From: Elusimicrobia bacterium GWA2_66_18
Lineage (GTDB): Bacteria; Elusimicrobiota; Elusimicrobia; UBA1565; UBA9628
Reading direction: 5' to 3'
Assembly (NCBI GenBank): GCA_001799675.1
Contig: MGTX01000004.1
Span: 157,591 to 221,590, forward strand
Length of the DNA stretch: 64,000 nucleotides
Below, one piece after another: positions 53,355 through 62,600 of the stretch (position 1 is its first letter; each line of letters begins with the position of its first letter). Both the position numbers and the translations under genes were made by a program. The notes under the pieces were generated by a model. That model did not search any database, had not been told where the DNA came from, and was given only the letters and a program-made list of their open reading frames with translations.

Positions 53355-54769
53355 GGAATATCCCCGGTCTCGGCCAGGATGCGCGGCGAGAAGAGCACCT
53401 GGATGGAGCGTCCGTTGAACTCGGTCGCCGTCTGGGTCTGTTGGAAGCCGTCTGCGACCCGGCGCGTTTCCAGGCCCAAGGCCGAGCCGTCGGCGTAAGA
53501 TTCCAAGTCCAAACGACGCGTCGCAGAGCCGTCCGGGAAGGTGGAGTTCGCGGTGAAGGCCGGCAGGGGAGCGGCCAGCGCCGCGCCGGTGAGCGGGTCG
53601 TTGAGCGAGGAGGGCAGGGCGTCGGCCTGGGCTGAGAGGTTCACGCCGGTCCAACCGCGCTTGAGCACGCCGTCGGCGTAGAGACCCGAGCGGTCGAAGA
53701 GCGTGCGGAAGACCGGGCGCCCCGCTACGCTGACATATGCGTCGGTCGCGGGGTCGAAGAGGCTCGAGACGTCGTCCGTCGGGTCCGCATTGGAATTAAG
53801 GTCCACTTGATGTCCGCCGGCTCCGCGCATGATGAGCGAATCGGAGAAGCTCCCCCGGACCGCTTCGTAGGAGACGAGCGTCCATGCGGCGGGCGCGTCC
53901 GCATGGCCCGAAAGCGATGAGAACACGTCCGAAAGATCGCGAGGAAGAGCGCGGTCGAAGACCCCCGTCCAGGTCAACCAGGACAGCCCTCCCTCGCGGC
54001 GTCCGTTGAGCGCGACGAATGAGAAGCTGTCGGCCGACGACCTCACCAGATACTCCTCGGCCCGCACGCGGCGCCCGTCGGCGTCGGTCAGCACATGCCC
54101 CAGTTCGTGGTCCGCGCGCCTCGTCTCGGCGGCGACCAGCCGCTGGGGTTCGTCGCGAGCCAACTCCAAGGCGAACTCTCGACGCATGCTTGCGGCGAAT
54201 TCGTCGCGGCGTGTCTGGTCGACGGTGGGCGCCTCGATCGGCTCGTGGAATCCCCCGGCGTCGGCTTGCAACCGCTGTCCTTGGCGCAGGAGCATGCCGC
54301 GGCCGCGCTCGTCCTCGACTCCGATGAGGCCCTTGTCGACCTGAAGCACCGTGTTGCCGCCGCCGAATACCGAAGCCATCCAGGAGACCGTCTCACCGCG
54401 GGCCCGCACGGTCGCCGTGGGCGTACGCAGCACCAGCTCTCGGCCCTTGAGCGCCTGCGCCGAGAGACGCATCGAGCCGAAGAGCAGGTTGACGACGCTT
54501 CCCACGCCCGAGCTCTCGACGAGGAGAAGATGGGAGTTCCCCGCGAGGGCGAGCGTCTCTCCCGCCTCGAGAACCACGACCGCCCGGGCGCCAAACCCGG
54601 TCCTCACCGCGTCCCCGACGGCGAGGGAACGCGCCGCCTGGCCCGCCGGACGCCAGCGGGCGTCGCCCGCGGCCCGGATCTGCACGAGGCCCACGGTATC
54701 GCTAACAACGGCGGCGCCCGCTGACCTCGATAGGGCCGCGAGCACGACTATGAGGAAAGTACGACGCAT
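53351..54769 (-). CDS. Exported FecR-domain protein
   Basis: Signal peptide MRRTFLIVVLAALSRSAGA. The N-terminal region GLVQIRAAGDARWRPAGQAARSLAVGDAVRTGFGARAVVVLEAGETLALAGNSHLLL is FecR-like. A C-terminal region of about 300 aa is unassigned. Confidence 0.6.
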   Translation of the reverse strand: MRRTFLIVVLAALSRSAGAAVVSDTVGLVQIRAAGDARWRPAGQAARSLAVGDAVRTGFGARAVVVLEAGETLALAGNSHLLLVESSGVGSVVNLLFGSMRLSAQALKGRELVLRTPTATVRARGETVSWMASVFGGGNTVLQVDKGLIGVEDERGRGMLLRQGQRLQADAGGFHEPIEAPTVDQTRRDEFAASMRREFALELARDEPQRLVAAETRRADHELGHVLTDADGRRVRAEEYLVRSSADSFSFVALNGRREGGLSWLTWTGVFDRALPRDLSDVFSSLSGHADAPAAWTLVSYEAVRGSFSDSLIMRGAGGHQVDLNSNADPTDDVSSLFDPATDAYVSVAGRPVFRTLFDRSGLYADGVLKRGWTGVNLSAQADALPSSLNDPLTGAALAAPLPAFTANSTFPDGSATRRLDLESYADGSALGLETRRVADGFQQTQTATEFNGRSIQVLFSPRILAETGDIP

Positions 54770-54775
54770 CCCCCC

Positions 54776-54819
54776 AGTGTAACAGGCCGAGGAACGGCGT
54801 CAACCACGCTTTTGTTACA
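54776..54819 (-). promoter_or_regulatory. Candidate sigma70-type promoter bracketed by an inverted repeat, upstream of the FecR-like operon
   Basis: On the minus strand, TTGACG (54803-54798), a 16-nt spacer, then TACACT (54781-54776), only 6 nt from the ATG. The inverted repeat TGTAACA (54778-54784) / TGTTACA (54813-54819) flanks it. Confidence 0.3.
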
Positions 54820-55013
54820 AGGATCGGGGATCTACGCGGCTTGCGACAGACATTACCAATTATTTACTGGCTTTCCCAAGGCCGCCCAACTATACTACCG
54901 ACAGACCAAAATCTCAATCTTTGGGCTCCCTCGGAAGCACGGTATCCGGGGTTATGGCACTCATAGGTGCCGCCTCCGACAACGTCACCGATGTCGGAAA
55001 AAGGATCGATGGT

Positions 55014-57560
55014 ATGAAATTTGCGCTCATGACGGCGGTCTTCTTTTTTATGTCTTCTCCGCGGCTTTCGGCGCTGGATTGGAGCGTTTGCTATTCCACC
55101 CAAGCCCAGGTTCTAGACGCCATCTGGGCTAATCGCAAGCTTTCCCTGGCCCGCAACCTACAGGTGAGCCTGTCCATCGGAAACCCCTACATCCTCTATG
55201 AGTTCGAGAACTTGACCGCCAATCTTTTGCGCTCAGCCCAGCTTTGCGGAGATTACGGCAAGATCGGCGATCTCGCCCAGCTCTTGTCCGGCGCCACCGA
55301 CTATCTCCAGGTCACCTCCAAATTCAACCACGCGACGGGATCGACGGCTACCTACCGCGAATGGCACTGCGACAGCCCGCTCTGCCCGAATTTCGCCGGC
55401 GCTCCCCACGCCGAAGTCCCACTTGTCAGCTCGCAGTTCCTCTACCTCGCGGCCGCCGCCGTGCACGCCGTGGCCGGGCTCGCCCCCCGGCAGCGGACCG
55501 CCGCGATGCAGCCTATGGCCCAAGCCTATGTCCCCGTCCTGCTTCAGGATCACTACAATAAATGGATTTATGAGACGCGGCAATTCGGATATTGGAGCGT
55601 ATGCGGCGGCCATATCTACGACCATTACGACTATCTCGCTGCGTTACTGAGCGGAGCTTTGCCTTCCAAACCTTCCTATTGCAGGGCGGTCACGGACACC
55701 GACCTGTGGATCATCTCGGGAGTCGTGGAGCTTTTGGCCGCCAACCAGGCCGATCCCGCCCTCGTTCCTATCCCAGCCGACCAGAGGAGGCGGCTCCTGG
55801 CGTACGTGAACCTCGGCACCCGATTAATCCAAAGCCGGATGACGCGGACGGCGCTCAAGGACTTCCAGGGAAACGCCGTTCAGGGCGCCGATTTCTTCGC
55901 CGGCCAATGGTTCGACCACCCCGATTTTTCCTACGCCGGTTACACGGGCGCCGCATTTCCCGGCGCGATCACGCGAAAGACGTCGTTTATTTTCACGACG
56001 TCGACCCCAGGTTACAGCGGCAATTTCCAGGTCATTGACCGCGGGAGCCTGCTCGCATCCCAAGACTCCTCCGTCTCCGCCCCGATCGACCTTCTGATCC
56101 TCAATAACCTGTCTTCGACGACGGTGACGTTTTCCGCATCGAGTCTGCCCCCCGGCACGACGGCGGCCTTCAATCCCCTCGCCTGGAACACGGCGTCCTG
56201 CGGCAAGGCCTGCTCCACGGTTTTAACTTTATCGATCGGCAGCTCGACGCCGACCGGCCATCGTCACGTTACCGTGATGGGAACGGCGGCCAACGGCGTC
56301 CAACGAGCGACTTCTCTTCACCTGCTCGTCGCAAAGCGGCTCCCGCCCGCGCCCCTGTTCGATTTCTCGCTATCGGCGGCGAAAAGCCGTCAGACCAAGG
56401 TCTCGGCCGCTTACACGGTCACGGCCGCGCTCACGGCCGGAGCCGGGGAGTCTGCGCGTTTTTTCCCCGCGCTCTTGCCGCCTGGAGTCGACGCCTCATT
56501 GAGCCCAGGCCGCTGCGCGCCGCCGTGCTCCGCCGATCTGACCCTGACCGTTTCCTCGATAGCCCCCGCCGGGGAAAGCGCCGTCGTCGTCGCCGCCGAC
56601 GACACGCTGCCGGCCGACGGAATCGGCTGGGACATCAGCCACGCGCGGCGCTTTGTCCACGCGCTCGGCACCCTGTACGACAACCGCGCCGTCACGTGGG
56701 AAACCTTCCCCGACGACGCCGCCATGACAGGGGTCGCCAACCAAGTCCTATACAAGATCTTCAACGGCGATTTCAAATATCCGCTGTTCTCGAATTTCAT
56801 GGACGGCAGCAACGGCTGGTACCGCGTCAATTATTCCCAGCGCATCGGATTCGCCCATGCCCCCTATGACCTCTCCAATTCCATCGCCACGGGCGGCTGG
56901 GGCCTTTGGAGCCGGTTCAACCCCGATTTGGGCAGGCTCATGCATTCGCAATGGGACATGTTCGAGTCTACGAATCCGGCGGTGACGGCGTTCTGGAAGC
57001 AGCATTACGGGCTCCACTACATGAATTTCCAAAGAACCGATCCCCTCGTCATCGACCACACGCAATCGCCCACCTACTTGGAGATGCTCCCGGCCCTGGT
57101 GGCGGCCGACGTCTACGGCGCGACCGGCAGCCTTGCGCCGGTCATCACCAGCGTTCTGACCTCGACCGGCACGATAGGAACCGCGTTGAGCTATCAGATC
57201 ACGGCCACCAACAGCCCCACGAGCTTCAACGCCGCGGGCCTGCCTGCGGGCTTGTCGGTCGACACCGTCACGGGCCTCATTTCCGGAACGCCCACGATCT
57301 CCGGGATATCCAACGTAACCATCAGCGCCGCCAACGCGGGCGGAACGGACGCCAAGACCCTGACGTTGAGCGTGTATTCAGCCTGCGACGTCAACCGGGA
57401 TGGGGCGACCAACGCGGTGGATGTGCAATTACTGGTCAATGAGACTCTGGGCGCGGCGGCCTGCACGTCGGATTTAAACCGCGACGGCTTGTGCAATGTG
57501 ATCGATGTCCAAAGGGATGTGAATGCCGGCTTGGGAGGACCGTGTATCCTCGGCCCGTAG
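55014..57560 (+). CDS. Exported protein with Ig-like inserts and a C-terminal putative-Ig (He_PIG-like) + dockerin module
   Basis: Start at Met32 (MKFALMTAVFFFMSSPRLSA). The C-terminus has TGTIGTALSYQITATNSPTSFNAAGLPAGLSVD..GLISGTP followed by a duplicated dockerin-type repeat DVNRDGATNAVDVQLLVN / DLNRDGLCNVIDVQRDVN. The N-terminal catalytic region is unassigned. Confidence 0.7.
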   Translation: MKFALMTAVFFFMSSPRLSALDWSVCYSTQAQVLDAIWANRKLSLARNLQVSLSIGNPYILYEFENLTANLLRSAQLCGDYGKIGDLAQLLSGATDYLQVTSKFNHATGSTATYREWHCDSPLCPNFAGAPHAEVPLVSSQFLYLAAAAVHAVAGLAPRQRTAAMQPMAQAYVPVLLQDHYNKWIYETRQFGYWSVCGGHIYDHYDYLAALLSGALPSKPSYCRAVTDTDLWIISGVVELLAANQADPALVPIPADQRRRLLAYVNLGTRLIQSRMTRTALKDFQGNAVQGADFFAGQWFDHPDFSYAGYTGAAFPGAITRKTSFIFTTSTPGYSGNFQVIDRGSLLASQDSSVSAPIDLLILNNLSSTTVTFSASSLPPGTTAAFNPLAWNTASCGKACSTVLTLSIGSSTPTGHRHVTVMGTAANGVQRATSLHLLVAKRLPPAPLFDFSLSAAKSRQTKVSAAYTVTAALTAGAGESARFFPALLPPGVDASLSPGRCAPPCSADLTLTVSSIAPAGESAVVVAADDTLPADGIGWDISHARRFVHALGTLYDNRAVTWETFPDDAAMTGVANQVLYKIFNGDFKYPLFSNFMDGSNGWYRVNYSQRIGFAHAPYDLSNSIATGGWGLWSRFNPDLGRLMHSQWDMFESTNPAVTAFWKQHYGLHYMNFQRTDPLVIDHTQSPTYLEMLPALVAADVYGATGSLAPVITSVLTSTGTIGTALSYQITATNSPTSFNAAGLPAGLSVDTVTGLISGTPTISGISNVTISAANAGGTDAKTLTLSVYSACDVNRDGATNAVDVQLLVNETLGAAACTSDLNRDGLCNVIDVQRDVNAGLGGPCILGP
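57138..57560 (+). repeat. Putative-Ig + dockerin coding module, copy 1
   Basis: The 423-nt segment aligns colinearly with 59243-59662. By eye more than four-fifths of positions are identical, with one codon indel. Confidence 0.85.
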
Positions 57561-57586
57561 CCGCTGATTCGGCAAAGGAAAAACCA

Positions 57587-59662
57587 ATGATCATATCAAC
57601 AAGGTCTGTTTGCCCGGTTTTATTGGCGGCGCTCGCGGTGTTTTCTTGCGCCGGAGGCTTGTCTTTGGCAAATACAGCCAAGGCCGGGGAATTGGAAGGG
57701 CCGATCCCGCAAGAACTGCCTTTGGGAGTGAGCAATCCTTATGGTCAGGACGATTTTAAAACAAAAGCCGAATTACCGGCAATATTAAAGGATCTCGGTT
57801 TAAGCAAAGGCGAGGATGGCGTCGCCGGGTTTATTGTTGACGAGATAGCCAGGAGACATATGGAGGCGGCTTGCGATGCGACTACTTGCCAGAAATACGA
57901 TTTTTCCTTGGCTAAAGATTTAATAGATCTTGTTGTTGGTCAAGGGAAAGCCAACTTATGGGTAGTGCTGGGCCCGCCTTCAAACTATAAATTCACTGAT
58001 GGGAAAAAAAGGGAAAATGGGACAACCTATTTGCCGAATGGGCCCATTTCACGGCAGGCGCATAAAGATTATCTGACCGCTTTGGTTAACTACGCAACCG
58101 CTTATGGACGTCAGGTCTCTGGCGATTCCGGTTGGCATGTCGCCAGCTGGAATCTGTACAATGAGGTGAGCTCGGAATATAAAAGTACTTTCAATAATGA
58201 TATTGATAAGGCAACTACCGCTTATGCTGATTTCGTGATCGATTCATCAAAAATATTAAGAAAATTAACGCCTCAATCTGAAATTGTCCTGGCTGGCACG
58301 GGATCGGGAACAGACTTGAAAGGAGGACACGGCGAATTTTATAAGCTGGTTTTTTCAAAACTTAAACAAGCCAATCTTGATTATAGTCCGTTCGATTATT
58401 GGGAGTCCCACTGGTTTGGGGAATTTGATAATTATCAGACAAATGAGAAGGATTATAGCGCAAAATATTTCATCAAGTTCTTGCAGGAGAACGGATACGG
58501 CGATAAAAAGTTTCTGATAAGGGCTGGAGGGACTTATTCCGGACAAGACCTTCAGGAAAGGAAAGGGTTGATGGATAATGAGCAGAGCGAGCGAGATCAG
58601 GCGGAATTCTTAGTCAAGAGATTCGTCTACAATCTGGCCAATGGCGTTAAAAAAATACCATGGTCAACTATTTATGAGCGCGCGGAATACCAGGGAGAGA
58701 ACCATGTGCAGTTTCAATATGTGAGCCTGATATATGATGGAACTCCTGATGGTGTTTCAAAAAATCAAAAATGCGTGGACGGATGGCTTCCATGTCCTGA
58801 TCCAGGAAGAGGCGTGAAGAAATTGTCATATTTCGCCTATAAAAAACTGATTGAAGTCTCAAAGGGAAAAGATTGGAGCAAGATTGAAGCCCTAGCGACG
58901 GGAGTGAACGATGTCTACTCCTATAAAATAGTTAATGGCGGCAAAACGAATTATTTCACCTGGTGGGACTGGTGGAATAAATGCCCGCGCCCCAATCTCG
59001 CTAAACCGGGAATGGATACGGCCTGCATAAATAAGTATAGTCCAACCCTATCCATTGCCGTTGACGATAACACGCCTGAAGTCAAAATAACCGAGGCGAT
59101 CCCTGATTTCGCTACCGGACAAGAGGTGGATAATGCCGGCTATGCCAAAGCCTTTAAGACATACACTATCAGTGCGCTTAATGGCAAGGCGGAAATCCCT
59201 CTGGGCATAGTTCCACTGTATGTAACCTACACCGGCAACCCCCCGGTCATCACCAGTGCGCTGACCTCGACCGGCACTATAGGGACCGCTTTTAGCTACC
59301 AGATCACGGCCACCAACAGCCCCACCAGCTTCAACGCCGCGGGCCTGCCGGCGGGATTGTCGGTGAGCACCGGGGGCCTCATCTCCGGAACGCCCTCGAC
59401 GATTGGGACATCCAGCGTGACCATCAGCGCCACGAACGCGGGCGGCACGGGCTCTGCCGGCCTGACCTTGAGCGTCTATTCCGCCTGCGACGTCAACCGG
59501 GACGGGTCGACCAACGTGGTGGACGTGCAATTGCAGGTCAATCAGGCTTTGGGCGTGGCGGCGTGCACGTCGGATTTGAACCGCGACGGCTTCTGCAACG
59601 TCATCGACGTTCAAAGGGGCGTCAATGCCGGTTTGGGAGGGCAATGTGTCCTGGGCCCGTAA
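57587..59662 (+). CDS. Clan GH-A-like glycoside hydrolase with a C-terminal putative-Ig + dockerin module
   Basis: Start at Met33, preceded by AAAGGAAAAA. Signal peptide MIISTRSVCPVLLAALAVFSCAGG. WNLYNEVSSEY has an NE acid/base-type motif. The C-terminal 139 aa are nearly identical to the end of the upstream gene. Confidence 0.65.
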   Translation: MIISTRSVCPVLLAALAVFSCAGGLSLANTAKAGELEGPIPQELPLGVSNPYGQDDFKTKAELPAILKDLGLSKGEDGVAGFIVDEIARRHMEAACDATTCQKYDFSLAKDLIDLVVGQGKANLWVVLGPPSNYKFTDGKKRENGTTYLPNGPISRQAHKDYLTALVNYATAYGRQVSGDSGWHVASWNLYNEVSSEYKSTFNNDIDKATTAYADFVIDSSKILRKLTPQSEIVLAGTGSGTDLKGGHGEFYKLVFSKLKQANLDYSPFDYWESHWFGEFDNYQTNEKDYSAKYFIKFLQENGYGDKKFLIRAGGTYSGQDLQERKGLMDNEQSERDQAEFLVKRFVYNLANGVKKIPWSTIYERAEYQGENHVQFQYVSLIYDGTPDGVSKNQKCVDGWLPCPDPGRGVKKLSYFAYKKLIEVSKGKDWSKIEALATGVNDVYSYKIVNGGKTNYFTWWDWWNKCPRPNLAKPGMDTACINKYSPTLSIAVDDNTPEVKITEAIPDFATGQEVDNAGYAKAFKTYTISALNGKAEIPLGIVPLYVTYTGNPPVITSALTSTGTIGTAFSYQITATNSPTSFNAAGLPAGLSVSTGGLISGTPSTIGTSSVTISATNAGGTGSAGLTLSVYSACDVNRDGSTNVVDVQLQVNQALGVAACTSDLNRDGFCNVIDVQRGVNAGLGGQCVLGP
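59243..59662 (+). repeat. Putative-Ig + dockerin coding module, copy 2
   Basis: See copy 1. This high-GC module is attached to a low-GC gene body. Confidence 0.85.
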
Positions 59663-62600
59663 ACGCAGGCCTGACTATTATTGGGCATATTCTAAAATCC
59701 TCTTGAGTTTTCTAGCCGCTCTATTTTTATTATCCAGCGATATCATCTTTGCGCAGGAAACTTCCCAAATATCAACGACCTCGCTATTTATGCATATCGG
59801 CATCAGCACCCGCCAGTTTTCAGCCGAGGAAATGGTAAGGATCGCCAATAATTACAGCATCTTGAATATCGCAAAATTTCATGCCCAGTGGGACAGCGCC
59901 AGACAGCAGGAAGATGCACGATACATAAAGAATAAAAATAATAGCATAAAGATAAATGTTTATTACAGTTCCTCTTTGATGTTCTGGATGGATAAGTCCA
60001 CCACTTCAAATGATAATTTTAAAAAATATTATAACAGGGAGAGGGCTGGGTTTAAAGATGATTGGCTGTTGCGGGACAAGAAAGGCAACGTTATATATCT
60101 TGATGACGCCAATACTGCTTTCGTCGATCTTTCCAATGCCCAATACCGGGAGTGGGCCATCGGCGTCATAAGTCATTGGAAGCAGAATACGCCTTATGAC
60201 GGCGTTTTCTTCGATAATTCCAGGCCTTTGGGCGATTACGGAAAAATCACGACGACCTCAACCATCAGCGGCTGGAACGTCGATTGGAATGTTTTAATAA
60301 GCACCAATAAAGTCTCTGATTATAATTTGGGATTGAATCAGTTGTTTATCGAATCGAAGAGAGCGTTTGAGAGTATTATTTATAATGGGATCGGTCGTAG
60401 AAATTATACGCCCAGCAGGAATACGGATCTTCTTGAATACTCCGATGGAACAATGAACGAAGGTTTCTGCATGTGGAGACAAGATGCGAGCGATGGAACC
60501 GGGAAAGACTATAGACTGTGGGCCCCTGAAGAGATGCTGAATGATATTGGCATCATGCTTAGTTCAAGTGGGGCTCCGCACAATAAAACTATTCTACAAA
60601 AGGTCAATCACAGCGGCTCGACAGCTCTCTATAACAGCGATCAGGCCGCTATTATTAATGCAAAGCAAATCAAAAGATATTGCCTTGGCAGTTTCCTGCT
60701 CGGTCATAGACCCGGTTACACTTTTTTTAAATACGGCCCGGATTATGGTCCGAGAGAACTTAGTTCAGATCCGAAGGAAATTGCGTTGGATTTGGGAAGT
60801 CCTATTGATAACAAATATGCCGGTGTTGCGAGTGATGCCTATAAACGTGAATTTGAGAATGGTATTGTGTATGTCAATTTGTCGAATGACGCAACCGCGT
60901 TCATATCAGCTCCTTATCCAATGACTTTAATGAACGGAGCCACGGAGACCGCACAATACGACCAGGGAGCGAGCGTATCGGTGCCGCCTAAGGACGCATT
61001 CTTCTTTAATTGGTCGCATTCAGCGCTCTTCCTTAAAAATGGATCGATGGGAGCGTGGACATCTAATGTTCCATTTAATAATATTGTCAACGACCCCATG
61101 TTTGGCTGGCAAGTGTTTAAATCCACGGATTTTATAGCGTACAGCGCTCAGTATCCGTCTGAACTGGCGAACCCAGCTAGGCCAATTATCATCAACTTCA
61201 GCCGCGCTGAAGATATCAGCGATAACGGACTCGATATTCGAGTGGAAGCGATCAAGAAAGAAATGGACGCATTACTTGCTAATCCAGCCTACAAACAAAA
61301 GATACGAGGCGTTAATTGGGATTGGGAAAATGACACAGGTGTCTCCATAAGCACTGGGCTCGCCGCTTCGACATTGAAGAAAATTTATGGTTACAGCCAC
61401 AGAAGGGGATTAATCTTTGGCATCACCGTCCAGCCTGGAGATATATCTCTATCGCGCGTTGGTATTATCGATTTGGCTCAGGTTAAATCTTTTTCCGACT
61501 TCTTTATGCCCATGGAGTACGCTCAGTGGTTCGGGGGCAATGCATGCGACAAGGATGCGGAGGGCAATTTTTTGACGGAGCAGGAGTGCTTCAATCGAAG
61601 AAAAATAAGAATTAACAAGGATTTGACTAAATTCAGCGCGCTGAGAACCTCCGGCGTTCCCGTCATTGTTGCTGCAAATATTAAAACACTTAATTCGCCC
61701 ATCGAAAAGCTTAGTCCTTGTCAAATATATGATCTTTATAAAAACGTTCTATACTCCACATTTACCCCGACCGTCGATGGTTTTGCAATCTGGAAGCTTA
61801 AAGAATTGGATAAAGACTATATGACCGTCTTTAATAGCATCAAGGACGGCAATCCAATCAAGAGTTCAGCTTGCCCGCTGCCGACCGTGTCCTTGACCGC
61901 GCCTACGGCGGGCGTCTCGGTTTCGGGCTCGGCGGTCGCGGTCTCGGCCGATGCCGCAGACGACGTGGGCGTGACGGGCGTGCAGTTCAAGCTCGACGGC
62001 GCCAATCTCGGCTCGGAGGACAAGGTTGCCCCGTATGGCGTGAGTTGGAACACGAGGTCGGCCGCCGCCGGCGCCCATGTCCTGACGGCCGTGGCGCGAG
62101 ATGCCGCCGGCAACGCTTCGACTTCGACCGCGGTGAGCGTCACGGTCGACAATACGCCGCCCGCCATCAGTTCCGCGGTTGCCACGGAGATCACCAGCAA
62201 CGGGGCGAGCGTCGGTTGGACGACGAGCGAGCCGGGAGATACGCAGGTGGAGTACGGCACCTCGACGGCCTATGGAACGATGACGACGCTCAACGCGACG
62301 CCGGTGACGGCGCACAGCCAGGCCCTGTCGGGCCTGAGCGCGGGCACGCTCTATCATTTCCGCGCCCGGACGCGCGACGCGGCGGGCAATCTCGCGGTTT
62401 CAGAGGACCAGACGCTATTTCTTAAATCAATCGGAATTTGGCCGGGTCCGGCTTTTAAAGACAACAATCCCTTAATCAACGATTTGGTTTTTGGCTGGCA
62501 GGTTTTGGGAAGTTCAACGTTTATATCTTATTGCGGGCAATATCCCAGCGAATGCTCCAAGACCAGGCCCGTGATGATCTCGTATGCCCCTGTCGCGAGG

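Noticed and set aside
37557-54769. Calling this locus a type IX secretion system
   Set aside because: Only a CTD-like cargo and a PorV-like barrel are present. No PorK/L/M/N, SprA/Sov, PorU or PorZ-like genes are recognisable in the window, so only T9SS-like components can be claimed.
55014-59662. Calling the dockerin-bearing genes a cellulosome
   Set aside because: No cohesin or scaffoldin is visible and the catalytic domains are not assigned to cellulase families. Dockerin-like modules occur widely outside cellulosomes.
59803-61724. Short ORFs 59803..60009(-), 60294..60482(-), 60541..60924(+), 60914..61126(-) and 61449..61724(-)
   Set aside because: All lie inside the long unlisted plus-strand ORF in other frames or on the other strand. 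They are AT-rich-region artefacts with no motifs.
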